Source: Neoechinorhynchus agilis
Lineage: Eukaryota > Animalia > Acanthocephala
Direction: 5' to 3'
Length of the DNA: 64,000 nucleotides
Assembly: GCA_051530055.1 (NCBI GenBank)
Contig: CM121342.1
Location: 6,137,489-6,201,488 of the forward strand
Shown here: positions 1 to 12,522 of the stretch, one piece after another
Position numbering within the stretch: position 1 is the first letter of the stretch
Layout: each line of letters starts with the position of its first letter
Program-made: the position numbers and the translations under genes
The notes under the pieces: model-generated
What the model was told of the DNA's origin: nothing
Database searches by the model: none
What the model saw: only the letters and a program-made list of their open reading frames with translations

Positions 1-710
1 TCTAGACAATAAAGGATATTTTAGTGGTTTTTTTTAGAAAGCAAAGAATGCAATAATCCAATGTTCGTAGTGAGCCAAATTCGAGGACAGGATTTCACAT
101 GGGGATCAACGGTTGACGTCGGCCTTTAAAACAAGAAATTGGACCCGAATACTGGAATTCACATTGCGATCTACAAATTCGAGCAAACCAAAATAGATCT
201 CAACTTTTCTTTAACAAAAGGGTATTTTAGTGGATTTTCTTTAGAAAGCAAAGAAAGCAAAAATCCAATGTTCGTACTGAACCGAATTCGAGGACAGGAA
301 ATCACATTTTCTTTGAATATCGATCCTTGACTCCTACGTTCGATTGGCTAAAATGGAATTACAAATATTTGATTGATTTTAATGAACAACCAAGCGATAT
401 TGCAGGTAAACCAGTCTCTTCAATTGTCCAAACTACGAATGATCACCTGAATAAAAAAAGGCAAAATACAAATTGGTCATTTCGATTTGACGCGGAAAAC
501 AGAAGACCGCAAGGCCATTTGTAGAAATAAAATGTTCAGTTTCCTATTGGTCGACGAAATTACTTTAGTAATTGTTTTGTTTTTCTGATTCTGTTGATCT
601 AAAAGTTCAAAAGGCTTATTTGGTGTGGGTTTTGTATTCTAAAAAGTCCAATTTAAATTTTCGCTAAAGCATCCCCATTTCACACAACATTTTTTCAAAA
701 TTTCTCTTGA

Positions 711-2810
711 TTAAACAAGTTCATCTCTATGTTTCCTCCAATACCTTTTGACCTTAACGTGCCCATCATCAGCGACGACCATTATTTTCTTTTGAGTGTT
801 GCTGTACAAAAGTACACCGATTGAACGAGCATAATTGCTCAATATCTTAAAAGCAACATCATTCTCGAAGTTTATGTACATGAAAGCATCCTGGGCGACG
901 AGTCTTTTCTGTTCCATTTCCCATCGTTGAATTTGATCGAGGACATTGATCGGAGATGTCGTCTCCGTTAGGTCGTCATTACTTCCTAAAAGTTGCGCTC
1001 CTTGATGGCAATGATTCTCATTTAAGTATTTTATGATTTGTCGCGCTGATACACCTCTTTTAAACGCTTTCTTTACACTTTCTCTTGTTAGTTGGAAAAC
1101 TGTAAGATTTGGAAGCCTGTAAGATGAGCTTTTAAGTTATAAGCTCGAGAAGGGATTCAAACCTTTTGAGCGGTTGAGCGAACATAGACACGACTCGCAA
1201 ATGCAGTTTTGACCCTATATCTCTTTTTTTATTAAAAATAAATAAAAAATTACTTACCGGAACGTAAGTATAACTGAAAATTGGTTTGAACGACGAGAAA
1301 TCCGTCTAATTCACTTGAAGGTCTTGTGCTTGGATTCGTGAGTAAATATCCCATTTCCGGTATCACCTTATTTTCTCTAGCATTAATTAACTTTTTTTGC
1401 AACGAATGTACAAACCGCTTTTTTTATTATGTTTACGAATCCAAGATGATAGAGAATTTCGACTATTCTCACTTGTTGTCCACCAAAACGTGAAATTTCA
1501 ATCGGCTGTCATTTGCAAAGTTTAAGTTAGAAAAAGTGTTTGAAGATTGAATTGTCGTGTAAAAATTAAAAGAATTAACAAAATTGTATGTGAGGAGGTA
1601 CCGGGGAATGTGATTGGTTCCAATACTAAAAAAGCCGGTCATAGGGGAAATATTTCGCGAGAAAGTGACCTCGCCTCCTCAGTCCCGAAGGATTTTCTCT
1701 GTCGATGATTAACTGTAAAAATAGAGACTAAGGCGATTACTGTGAAACATGGCATAAAAGTCCTAAAGACACGATCTAACGTCGTATCCTTCAACCAAAA
1801 ATTTGGAATTGTTTTCAAAAAATATAAAGTGGTTAGGTAACATTTTAGAACTGATAATCGTACCCGACACGAGGTTCGACGAACGTCTTTAATTCAAAAA
1901 AAAATCATTTACCGTCACAATCGGAACCAATCACAATCTTTAAATTTTTACACGCCAGATATTAGAGAAAAAAAGTTTTTTACCCGGTGACTAACCTCCG
2001 TATTGTTTGTGTACATCAATTCGATTATAAATATCAAAGCCTTTGCTCTTTGTTCGTGTGGCTCATTCTTTAATATGGCTGTTAGAAACATCCACATTTG
2101 ATCGTATGTTGTACTTAACACAAATTCGAATCCGTCGCCAGTTAGACAAACATCGTTGTTTGTGTCAACTGTGAGATAATTCGCTCGAAATAAGAGATCG
2201 AATCCTCGGCCGAGCTTTTCGTCACGTGTACCGGAAATCAAAGCATTCAATAGATCCTAAATTTTTAATTAAAGCGACTTTATAAACGCACAGAAACGTA
2301 CATTCCAACTTGAATTTGAGCTTTCATCGATGCATAGATCAATCATGCGACTTCCGTTTGCTTCATCGAACCATATTCTTTTGCTAAAAGAAGGATTGAA
2401 GTTATTTTTATTAACTCTTTAAAATGTGGCGTAAAACCCTTCAAAAATGGCATCATTTAAGTTTTCAAGGAAGTCCGGTTTTAACGATATCTTCCCATGA
2501 TGCTCTTGGCCAATACGTTCTTCACGAAATATTCTCAAAGAATTAAAGTTCTCACAGATTGTTTCAAGTGCTTCTTTGTCTACGAATGTACTTATCATCG
2601 ACATTGGAAGTGAGCCGCCGGCCATCATGATTCTTAGAACCAAATGCTGAGTGAGTGGTTCCATTTTCCTTTTTTTAAACGAGAAGAATAAAATCGAGTA
2701 TTTCATTTAAATGAAGTTTTTTACCTGAATATTGTGAAGCAAATAGCAGGTGATTTTAAGAGCTCATCCAAGATTTGATTGGAAAACGAACTCAATAGTT
2801 TCAGAAACAT
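711..2810 (-). CDS. GTF2H4: TFIIH subunit p52 (Tfb2), multi-exon
   Basis: ATG at 2810 (tcttcagatATG). Exons encode MFLKLL...ICFTIFR, KMEPLTQHLVLRIMM...LENLNDAIFEG, LTGDGFEFVLSTTYDQMW, DGFLVVQTNFQLY, RLPNLTVFQLTRESVKKAF...LDQIQRWEMEQKRL and C-terminal MVVADDGHVKVKRYWRK. These match recalled p52 motifs. Introns are GT-AG; one junction near 1375-1440 is out of phase. Confidence 0.85.
1555..1956. mobile_element. TIR-bounded (MITE-like) element in GTF2H4 intron
   Basis: cgtgtaaaaatt...tgtgattggttcc (about 1556-1621) recurs in inverted orientation at about 1923-1954. Confidence 0.55.
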
Positions 2811-3869
2811 ATCTGAAGATGTGGTTAGTAAACAAAGAAAAGAAAAAGGGTTTTAATCAAGCTTTTTAACTGAATCTTTAGCATAGAATCATTGCAAAAT
2901 TTCCTATTTAGCTCAGAGGGAAATTCTATTTTGGTTCATAAAAATCAGTCAGTCTCTGAATCTGCCGGTTAATCAGAAGACACCTAATAATCGGCTGATC
3001 CAATTAACCCATTTAGATTGTTGTGCAAAACGAGTATTTGAAAAACAAAATTAATATTGATAATCAAGAGAGAAAATCCTTGGGGATGATAGAGGTGAGG
3101 ATGTGTTCATTTTCCCTGAAACGTAGCTCCTTCATAAGGCTGATTTTGAAATGTTTGAGAAATATGAGGCTTTACATTTCAAAAAAAAACATACCATAAT
3201 ATTTGTTGATTGGAGAGATAAATGAAATTAAGATTTTATTGGATATTTCGATCCACTATCTCGGATCTTCTTCAGCGATTCTTTGCAAGTTTTTTCAACG
3301 AGACGCATTCACAGTTGAAAAAACTTGCAAACAATCGCTGAAGAAGATCCGAGATAGTGGATCGAAATATCCAATAAAATCTTAATTTCATTTATCTCTC
3401 CTATCAACAAATAACAATAAATTATCTTTTCAACAGTGATCATAATCTCACTCGTATTAACAAATATCTTTATCCAATAACAGATTTTTACTCGGTAGAT
3501 CGAGGGCCGGGGATTATGATCACCACATCGCTAATTTACAAGAAATCGTCAATATAGAGAAATTCCTTGGGGTTGATAGATTTGGAGACCTTTTAAGAAG
3601 ATCCAAATGAGGCTTTTTTCTCTTTCGGAATATATCAATACTGGAAGAGCAAAGTTCAATTATGGATAATCTAAAAAATAATCTCCTAAAATTAGAATCT
3701 ATTCAAAAAAACCCAATTCATCTTACCATTTATTTAAAAGACGCTTATCGGCAATGAAAAAATATTGGACCGTCGCCATCATCGATATTTTCTTTTTTGG
3801 TTGTTCATCTTTCTTAAAAGTGTTAATTGAAGACGTGACGTTTATAAATACGTCACAGTTCGTTGGTTT

Positions 3870-4430
3870 CTTCCGTGCGTTTCCCCCTCACACAATGACT
3901 CTTCACCACTCATTGATTTCTTCCGTGTATTTCCCCCTCACACGATGATGCTTCACTGGGTTCTTCCGTATCTAACACGATGACGCTTCACTGGATTCTT
4001 CCGTGTATTCCCCCACTCACACGATGACGCTTCAGATGATTCTTCCGTATCTCACACGATGACGCTTCACTGGATTCTTCCGTGTATCTCCCCCTCACAC
4101 GATGACGCTTCACTGGATTCTTCCATGTATTCCCCCACTCACACGATGACGCTTCAGTGGATTCTTCCCTGTATTCCCCGTCACAAAATGACGCTTTACC
4201 ACTCATTGCTTTCTTCCGTGTATTTCCCCCTCACACGATGACGCTTCACTGGATTCTTCCGTGTATTCCCCGTCACACAATAACGCTTCACCACTCATTG
4301 GTTTCTTCCGTGTATTTCCCCCTCACACGATGACGCTTCACTGGATTCTTCCGTGTATTTCCCCCCTCACACGATGACGCATCACTGGATTCTTCCGTGC
4401 ATTCCCCTCACACGATGACGCTTCACCACT
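3870..4430. repeat. Tandem minisatellite, about 40-45 bp unit
   Basis: Repeated cacacgatgacgcttcactggattcttccgtgtattcccc, directly upstream of LysRS. Confidence 0.9.
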
Positions 4431-4486
4431 TTCCGTTGACGTGAGCTTCTTTCTTTTCAGCAGCAGCAGCCGAGAACAATTTGAGG

Positions 4487-6354
4487 ATGGACGTTAAAAT
4501 CAGTAAAAAGTAAGATATGTTGTTTTTGTTCAAAAAGAGAGTTGATGTGTTTGGCCGTCGTTTTCTTCTCAGTGAACAAAAGCGACGGGCGAAAATGGAG
4601 CGGAAAATGATGGAAAAACCGGTTCGAGTGGTCAGTGAAGAGAAAGTGGACGACGACGAGGAGATTGCCGTTAGTATTTTAAAAGTTTTTGTCTAACTTT
4701 ATTTTTCGTTAGGCTTACTACATTTCCCGTCAGAAACGAATGTCTGAACTCAAATCCCAAGGGAAAAACCCGTATCCTCACAAATTCAATGTTAGTTTGT
4801 CTCTAAAATCATTCATAGACACCTACGGTCCAGCGCTCGTTCCCGATCAAAGCAGCGAAGACGTAGTATCGATCGCAGGCCGCATTTATTCCATTAGGGG
4901 AGCTAGTCAGAAATTAAAATTTATCGATATCCGAGCGGAAATGGCGAAATTGCAGGTTCTGGCTAACGCAAGACTGTACGGTGAAGACGACTCTCTAGAA
5001 ACGGAACAACAACGGGAAACAAGCTTTCTTGAGATTGTAAAAGTTCTTGTTGGATATTGATTGATAGGGTGGGTGAGGTTTTCTTCTTCGAATTATCCAC
5101 AAGCGAATAGATGAGATTCGTCGCGGTGATATAATAGGCGTCAGTGGTCATCCCTCCCGTTCAAAAACGGGCGAATTGAGCATTATTCCAAGGAAAATAA
5201 CGATTCTGACTCCATGTCTTCGTTCAATACCTCACCTTCATTTCGGTGTCCGAGATAAAGAGCTCCGATTTCGTAAACGATATCTCGACCTAATCGCGAA
5301 TCCGGACAATTTAAAGACGTTTGTGATCCGAGCAAAGATCTTGAAGTTCGTAAGGCAATTTCTGGACTCTAACGGATTCCTCGAAGTAGAAACTCCAATT
5401 CTGAACGTAATCGCGGGCGGTGCAACGGCTCGTCCTTTCATAACTCATCACAATGAGCTAGACATGGATTTGTTTCTACGCGTAGCTCCTGAGCTTTACC
5501 ATAAGATGCTGGTCGTCGGTGGAATAGATCGTGTTTACGAGATTGGCCGTCTATTTAGAAACGAAGGAATCGATCATACCCACAATCCAGAATTCACTTC
5601 ATGCGAGTTTTATATGGCTTATGCCGATTACAACGATCTCATGTCAATGACCGAACAAATCTTCTCCGGTCTCGCTCGGTTCCTTGCACCAGATAGTGCA
5701 GCAGATTTAAAAGTGGATTTTAACGAGGCCGGACGCAAAATGACCGTGGATTTTCGACCACCATACAAACGATTGGATATGATGGAAGAGTTGGAAAAGA
5801 AACTTGAAGTCAATCTTCCTTGTCCTACGACGTACTCGACGGAAAAAAGTCGAAAAGTATTTGATGATTTGTGCGTGAAACATGAAGTTATATGTCAAGA
5901 ACCAAGGACTACTGCTCGATTGATCGACAAATTAGTTGGACATTTCATTGAACCTGATTGCGTAAATCCAACGTTTATCGTCAATCATCCACAGATTTTG
6001 AGTCCGCTAGCGAAACCTCATAGAACTAAGGCGGGACTTACTGAACGATTTGAGCTGTTCGTTGCTCAGCGAGAGTTGGCGAATGCGTACACGGAACTCA
6101 ATGATCCAGCCATTCAACGAGAACTTTTTAATCAACAAGCTAAGGCAAAAGCGGCTGGGGATAATGAGGCTTTTGATGTTGATGAGACATTTCTAGAAGC
6201 TTTAGAATATGGATTACCCCCTACAGCTGGATATGGACTTGGGATTGATCGATTGACCATGCTGTTTGCCAATAAGGACAACATCAAAGAAATTCTTTTC
6301 TTTCCTGCCATGAAACCTGCCGCGAAAAACGAGGCAAATGATGAATCCAAATAG
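4487..6354 (+). CDS. KARS1: Lysyl-tRNA synthetase (class II), 4 exons
   Basis: [62 protein letters not shown] and [15 protein letters not shown]. Two GT-AG introns plus a third interruption at 5040-5109. Confidence 0.95.
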
Positions 6355-6570
6355 AGAGTTTATTTTTTTTGCAAAAAAACCTCGTTGTTCAAAGCGAGAT
6401 TGACTTTATCATAAAAAACAAACGAGGGTGGTTCGTGATGCCATCTGAGCATTTTATGAACGACAAATATTAAGTAAACATTCATCGTCATGTATAACGT
6501 CGCTCACACAGCACTTACGTCGCTACAACAACATTTTCCATCGTTCAGTTCTTCGCTTAAATGTCTACTT

Positions 6571-9108
6571 TGTAGTGACCATTAACGACGTCATAAGGTT
6601 CATGTTAACGTTTTCCGTGTTATGTTGAATAGAAAACATTTTTTTTGCGGCGGCAGTAACCCCGACGCTGTCGACCGTGGTTCGACAGTAGAAGCGAATA
6701 GCAACTTGAACACGGTTCCTCTGAAGCTGCCACAGTTTTGGTCACAACAACCACGAATCTGGTTCGTCCATGCTGAGGCTCAATTTGCTTTCGGGTTGAA
6801 AAATGCTGCAAACATTCCATGTTTAGGTGTGGATTTTGCTTTCGTCTACTCAGATGATATACTGATCGCGAGTTCAAATCGATCTGAGCACAGGAAACAC
6901 CTACGAACATTCTTCGATGGACTCTCAGAGTACGGCCTCGTTCTGAACCCAGATTAGTGTGAGTTCGCAGTAGAACGGATCGCGGTGGTGTGAGTGGACG
7001 GGGTACAGTACAATTGCCAGATAAAGTAAGCGCGATTCGCAGTTACCCTCTTCCAACATCCACCAAAGCTTTGCAAGGATTTGTTGGCATGGTAAATTAT
7101 TATCATCATTTCATCCCTTCGGCAGCCCGTCTGATGCGTCCGGTCTACCAAGCGCTTTCTGGTAAAACAAATCTACGAAGTTTTTCTTGGACAGTTAAAA
7201 TGGCTTCAGCATTCGAAAAAACTAAAGCCGCTCTAGCAAACGCAACGATGCTTTCACATTCAGTGACCGACGCACCAATCTCTATCAGTATAGATGCATT
7301 TGAGTTCGCTACTGACGTTGTTCTACAGCAGAAGGTGTCCGATTCATGGCAGCCGCTGGCATTCTTCAACAAACAACTGCGTAAACCTGAACAACGGTAC
7401 AGCACCTTCGATCGCGAGCTTCGGGCCATGTATCTCGCTGTCCGACATTTTAGATATTACGTCGAGGGCCGATCGTTTACGATTTACACTGATCATCGAT
7501 CTTTAGTTTATGCGATGTCAAAAGTTTCGGATCCTTGGTCCACCCGTCAACAACGACATTTGAATTATATATCTGAGTTCACGACCAATATCGAACTCAT
7601 TAGTGGACAAGAGAACAAAGTTGCCGATGCATTGTCCCGTGTTGATTATTTAGCCAGTATTTCCGAAGGAATATCGTTTGAAGCGATGGCAGAAAATCAA
7701 AAGTCTGATCAACACATCCATACATATCGTTCAGCGAATACCTCGCTACAGTTGAAAGAAATTCCTTTCAATGGCACAGGACAAACTATTTTGTGTGACA
7801 TTTCGACTGGCCTTTATAGACCGTTGGTACCATCATCTTGGACGAAACGAGTTTTCGAAACTGTACACCAGCTGTCCCAACTTGGAATTAAAGCAACCCG
7901 AAAATTGGTTAAAAAAATACGTTTGGCCTGGTTCAACAAAGGATGTTGGTGCCAGGGTTCAGTCATGCATCGGATGTCAAAAGGCCAAGGTTCAAAGACG
8001 CATACAAGCACGGCTTTCTACTTTCGAACCTCCGCAACGTCGATTTGATCACATCCATATAGATTTAGTAGGCCCGCTACCGGTATCACAAGGTTTCACT
8101 CATTTATTAACCGTGATAGACCGATATACTCGATGACCCGAGGCGATTACTTTAAATAATACCAACGCCGTCACGTGTGCAAAAGCACTTATCAGCCAAT
8201 TGATGGCTCGTTTTGGTATTCCTAACGACATCTCCTGCGGTCGAGGACCACAGTTCATATCCGAGCTGTGGAGAACAATCGCAGAACATTTAGGAATGAA
8301 GCTCCACCGCACAACCGCGTATCATCTTCAATCCAATGATATGGTAGAAAGATTCCACAGGCATCTGAAATCGGCTTTGAAAGCTCACCACTGCGGAAAC
8401 AATTGGATCGACAAATTGCCTTGGATTTTGTTAGGAATTCGCACGGCGCCCAAAGCCGACCTTGATTCCTCAGCAGCAGAGCATGAATATGGAAGTGCCA
8501 TCAACATACCTGCCGATTTTCTTAATTCCTCACTTAGCCAATTCGATTCTCACACTCATCTACAACGGCGACGTAATGAGGTTAAATCTCTTGCGCCCAT
8601 ACCCGCTGTGAACCATGGTAAAGTGACGACGTTTGTACTACAACCTCTCAGCAGAGCATCGTTCGTTTTTGTCAGACGCGGTCAGCATGAGAATCCTGTA
8701 AGGGCGCCGTACACCTGACCTTACAAAGCACTTGATCGCAACGAAAAGATTTTCATGATCGATCTCGATGAAATACCAGAGAACGTATCAATAGACCGCC
8801 TCAAACAAGCGTATATCGATCCAACATATCCCGTCTTTCTCGCTCAACCTCCAAAACGAGGCCGACCTCGCAAAAAAACGGAAGAACCTTCTTGAGGAGG
8901 CTATGTAGTGACCATTAACGCCATCATAAGGTTCATGCTAACGTTTTCCGTGTTATGTTGAATAAAAAACCATTTTTGTGCGGCGAAAGTAGATTTTTCG
9001 ATTTACTGATGCCAGTTACCACAACGACTTCCGCTCTTTGTTCCACACGGCTCGATCCTTCAAATGCGAATTGATTCAAAGGAAATGGCGGAAAACAACA
9101 ACTAACAA
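6571..9108 (+). mobile_element. Degenerate Ty3/Gypsy LTR retrotransposon (CsRn1-like)
   Basis: LTR start TGTAGTGACC at 6571 and 8904 (about 80 nt shared), purine tract before 8904. Gag LKLPQFW...WFVHAEAQF fused by deletion to RT (YSDD), then RNase H (YSTFDREL, YTDH) and integrase (IHIDLVGPLP, GMVER-like). Stops and frameshifts present. gtaaccccgacg resembles a tRNA-Trp PBS remnant. The 3' end is uncertain. Confidence 0.9.
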
Positions 9109-9153
9109 TTAGATTACTAAGCGCTGCTTGGTTGTTCAGTCGCATGTTTTATC

Positions 9154-9323
9154 TATTGATGATTGTTTGATTGACAATCCGACTGAAAGAGAGTTTATTG
9201 AAACACCTAGCTTTCGCCGTCCAACGGCTTCTTCAGGGTGTAATTGCAGCCGTTGGACGGCGAAAGCTAGGTGTTTCAATAAACTCTCTTTCAGTCGGAT
9301 TGTCAATCAAACAATCATCAATA
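9154..9323. repeat. Perfect 76-bp inverted repeat with 18-nt loop
   Basis: 9154-9229 is the exact reverse complement of 9248-9323. Confidence 0.95.
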
Positions 9324-9567
9324 ACTAACAATTAACCAACCAAAATAAATCTCCCACAAACAATAACCATCAACTTTCCCCCCATTCGACCGAACCCGTA
9401 ATCCTCCTCAAAATAAACAGCCGCATTCGTTTGACAAATCAGAACTCGAGGGCTCACGAGGAGGACCCAGAGAAGGACATGGTTTCTGTACTTTGAATAA
9501 AATAAAAAATGTGTTATTATTATACCTCTTAAATTTTTTACCCTTTTCCATCCTACCGAGACTGCTC

Positions 9568-10203
9568 TATTTTTGCAAGGAATAGAATTTCATTCTTAAA
9601 ATGTTTATACCTTCCATCGTCTCGACACAACTGAATCTCTTCTTTTGCAAAGAATAGAATTTCCTTTTTAAAATGTTTTTACCTTCCATCATCCAGACAC
9701 AACTAAATCCCTTTTTTTGCAACGAATAGAATTTCCTTTTTAAAATGTTTGTGCCTTCCATCATCCAGACACAACTGAATCTCTTTTTTTGCAAAGAATA
9801 GAATTTCCTTCCTAAAATGTTTATGCCTTCCATCGTCCAGACCCAACTGAATCTCTTTTTTTGCAAAGAATAGAATTTCCTTCCTAAAATGTTTATGCCT
9901 TCCATCGTCCAGACCCAACTGAATCTCTTCTTTTGCAAAGAATAGAATTTCATTCTTAAAATGTTTATGCCTTCCATCGTCCCGACACAACTGAATCTCT
10001 TTTTTTGCAAAGAATAGAATTTCCTTCCTAAAAGTGTTTTTTTTGGTGTTTTTTGGTTTATGCCTTCCACCATCCCGACACAACTGGATCTCTTTTTTTG
10101 CAAAGAATAGAATTTCCTTATAAGAAATGTTGATGCCTTCCATCGTCCCGACACAACTGGATCTCTTTTTTTGCAAAGAATAGAATTTCCTTATAAGAAA
10201 TGT
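9568..10203. repeat. Tandem repeat, 72-bp unit, about 9 copies
   Basis: gcaaagaatagaatttcc recurs at 9791, 9863 and 9935. Confidence 0.9.
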
Positions 10204-10450
10204 TTTATTATTATATTGTTCATACTGCACCCAAAAATTTAGGATTTTTCTCGTTTCTAAGTGTTGGAGACAAATTGGCTGTCGATCATTTCCCTGACTC
10301 AGATCAATGGACGAATTATTCTGATGTTTGTTTATGGCGACAACAGTATTGAAGGAATTTTTTGGTTAAATCCGATACACCTTTTGTCAAAGTCTATTTT
10401 GTTCATTTATTTTGATCATCGACAGTGGAAATCCTTCTTGTTAGTCAAAG

Positions 10451-10546
10451 TATAATTTTGGTGAACATACTCCCGGTCATAACCTAAATTTCCAATAAAT
10501 CAAAATCAAATAGTTTATGACCGGGAGTATGTTCACCAAAATTATA
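10451..10546. repeat. Perfect 32-bp inverted repeat (hairpin or mini-MITE)
   Basis: tataattttggtgaacatactcccggtcataa / ttatgaccgggagtatgttcaccaaaattata. Confidence 0.9.
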
Positions 10547-11063
10547 ATTGCTAATTTCAACGTTCGTGTTCTCGTTGCATTTAGCGAAAGTGAAAAAAGA
10601 TTGTTTTATCTCTTAATTTTCAGTACGAATAAAGACAACGAACAGTTGACTTGTAAACAAAAACGATCATTTCATCGTTACGATGTAAAAATTCAACAGC
10701 CTTGAATTTGGTACTTCCACTGCCGTTCGAGCGAGCGAAATTGCAAGAGAATCTAAAATTTGCTTATGAAGGTGTGTGTGCTCTTTGGTGATTAAGAAGA
10801 ATAAATATATTGATTTATCAATTTTACCTATATTTTGTCGGCGTAGTCGGATTTCTTTTCAGGTCGCAAAAATTGTTTCGAAATAAAAGTGAAAGTTAAG
10901 CTGTTTTTCGCAGTGAGAGATTGTCCAAGATTCCTTCAATTTCTCCGCCATAAACAAACGTGCAAGAAATGTTCACTTCAACGCTTAGCCAGATTTGAAG
11001 ATAAAATGGTTTTTTCGTTCAACTCAAGGAGTATATTTTTATGGAATTTCCGTATTTCCTTTA

Positions 11064-11277
11064 TGCCTCGTTTTTTAGAGGTGTTTCAAATCAATTAAAA
11101 ATGGTTTCGATGATGCCGTCGTGTAGAGAAATCGAAAAAGGAGAATATTTAATGGTAAAAATTTTAAGTGCCTCGTTTTTTAGAGGTGTTTCAAATCAAT
11201 TAAAAATGGTTTCGATGATGCCGTCGTGTAGAGAAATTGAAAAAGGAGAACATTTAATGGTAAAAATTTTAAGTGTT
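11064..11277. repeat. Tandem duplication of about 105 bp
   Basis: gcctcgttttttagaggtg...aaattttaagt occurs twice. Confidence 0.85.
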
Positions 11278-12522
11278 TGTTTATGGCGACAATCGTTGAA
11301 GCGATTTACATGCAACCGAAATATCGGACTTAATAAATTCTTTTAATTTTTTACGCCGATTTTTTAAGTATTTTCCGATTACTGGAGAAAATAAAAAAAA
11401 TTAGAATGGAGGAGAATGCGATTATTCAAAGAGATTGTTACTAAATGCGTTGCTCCAAATAAAACAACATCGATGCTTTTTTATTAGCGTCGGAACATTA
11501 CAAAACAAATGATACTTTATTTTAGATCAGGTTCCTCCAAAGGAATAGACATACCAACAGGTAAGAGCACTTGATTATCCTTTTCTTTTAGAATAATTGT
11601 AGCAAGTCCCGATCGATTGCCTCCTGTGAAATTTCTTAAAATAATCGCTCTTAATTGAAGAATTTCCCGTCTAAGCTCCGAATTTTGTTTCTAAATAGAA
11701 CTTCTTTTTTTCTTACAGAAAGTATGAATAGGTTTTAACCTCAAGAGCTTTTATTTCTAACTGATAAGAAATTGTAAGACTTTCAAGATGTTCAATATGT
11801 CGACGACGTCTTTCCCGGCACCGCCTAGCGGCTTCCCTAACATTTCATTGAATCGCTTTAGGGATTACACCATAGATATTTTTAATCTGACCTGTTGCTT
11901 TCTCTTATTTGACTCCTCCTTAACATCATGGCCGTTTCTTGATTGATTTTCGACTGATCGATTGTGTTACATTCACTGGTACTGCTGGTGGTCGTGGTGG
12001 ACTCAGTGATTTGTGATCCATTGGACTCATTGACCCTCTATTACGGTAGTTTAGAAGAAGGAAAAAACGCGAATAAAACCTTAGCCTGGATCTTTGAGCT
12101 TCCGAGATCGTGTTCGTTGCAAGCAGAGTGGTTCATGATGGCTAATTTTGGTAGTATCTTGTAGCTGGTTCATATATTTGGGACAAAAAGGTCGTCAATC
12201 TTTATCATCATCATCGTCGTGGTAGCAGTAGCAACAATGCCTTCTCCCATTATGCATCTTTTTCGGATTAGACACTCTTCCACCACCGCAGCAGCACTTG
12301 TGATGAGTCACAACGAACAAAAAGATTGTCTGACAGTTATCCCAAGTCTTTGTCCTTCCTTTCACAGTGCACGAGAATGAAAATGCCACACATCCGTGTG
12401 AGTTTTCCCCATGTAACTTTTGCTTATCTCCTCCTAATTTTTATGAGAGATGTCGACACAAAATGAAAAAATCAATATCTTGCAACTATACCAAAAAAAA
12501 GAAGTTACAACTTCAACGAAGC

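Noticed and set aside
1-320. Short ORFs at the window start
   Set aside because: Region is a degenerate direct repeat of about 210 bp; no coding evidence
1375-1440. Out-of-phase GTF2H4 intron as another non-canonical insert
   Set aside because: No convincing terminal inverted repeat or TA join in frame; a one-base error in the A7 homopolymer resolves it
3870-4430. CRISPR-like repeat array
   Set aside because: Units are contiguous with no unique spacers, and the context is eukaryotic
6571-9108. Active LTR element with target-site duplication
   Set aside because: 5' LTR truncated, Gag-RT deletion, YSDD motif, stops and frameshifts; no TSD found
9567-10230. Repetitive 195-aa and 175-aa ORFs
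   Set aside because: Translations of the 72-bp tandem repeat; no other evidence of coding
11500-12500. Splice-like signals and short ORFs upstream of the nAChR
   Set aside because: No coherent or recognisable coding model; possibly 5'UTR exons
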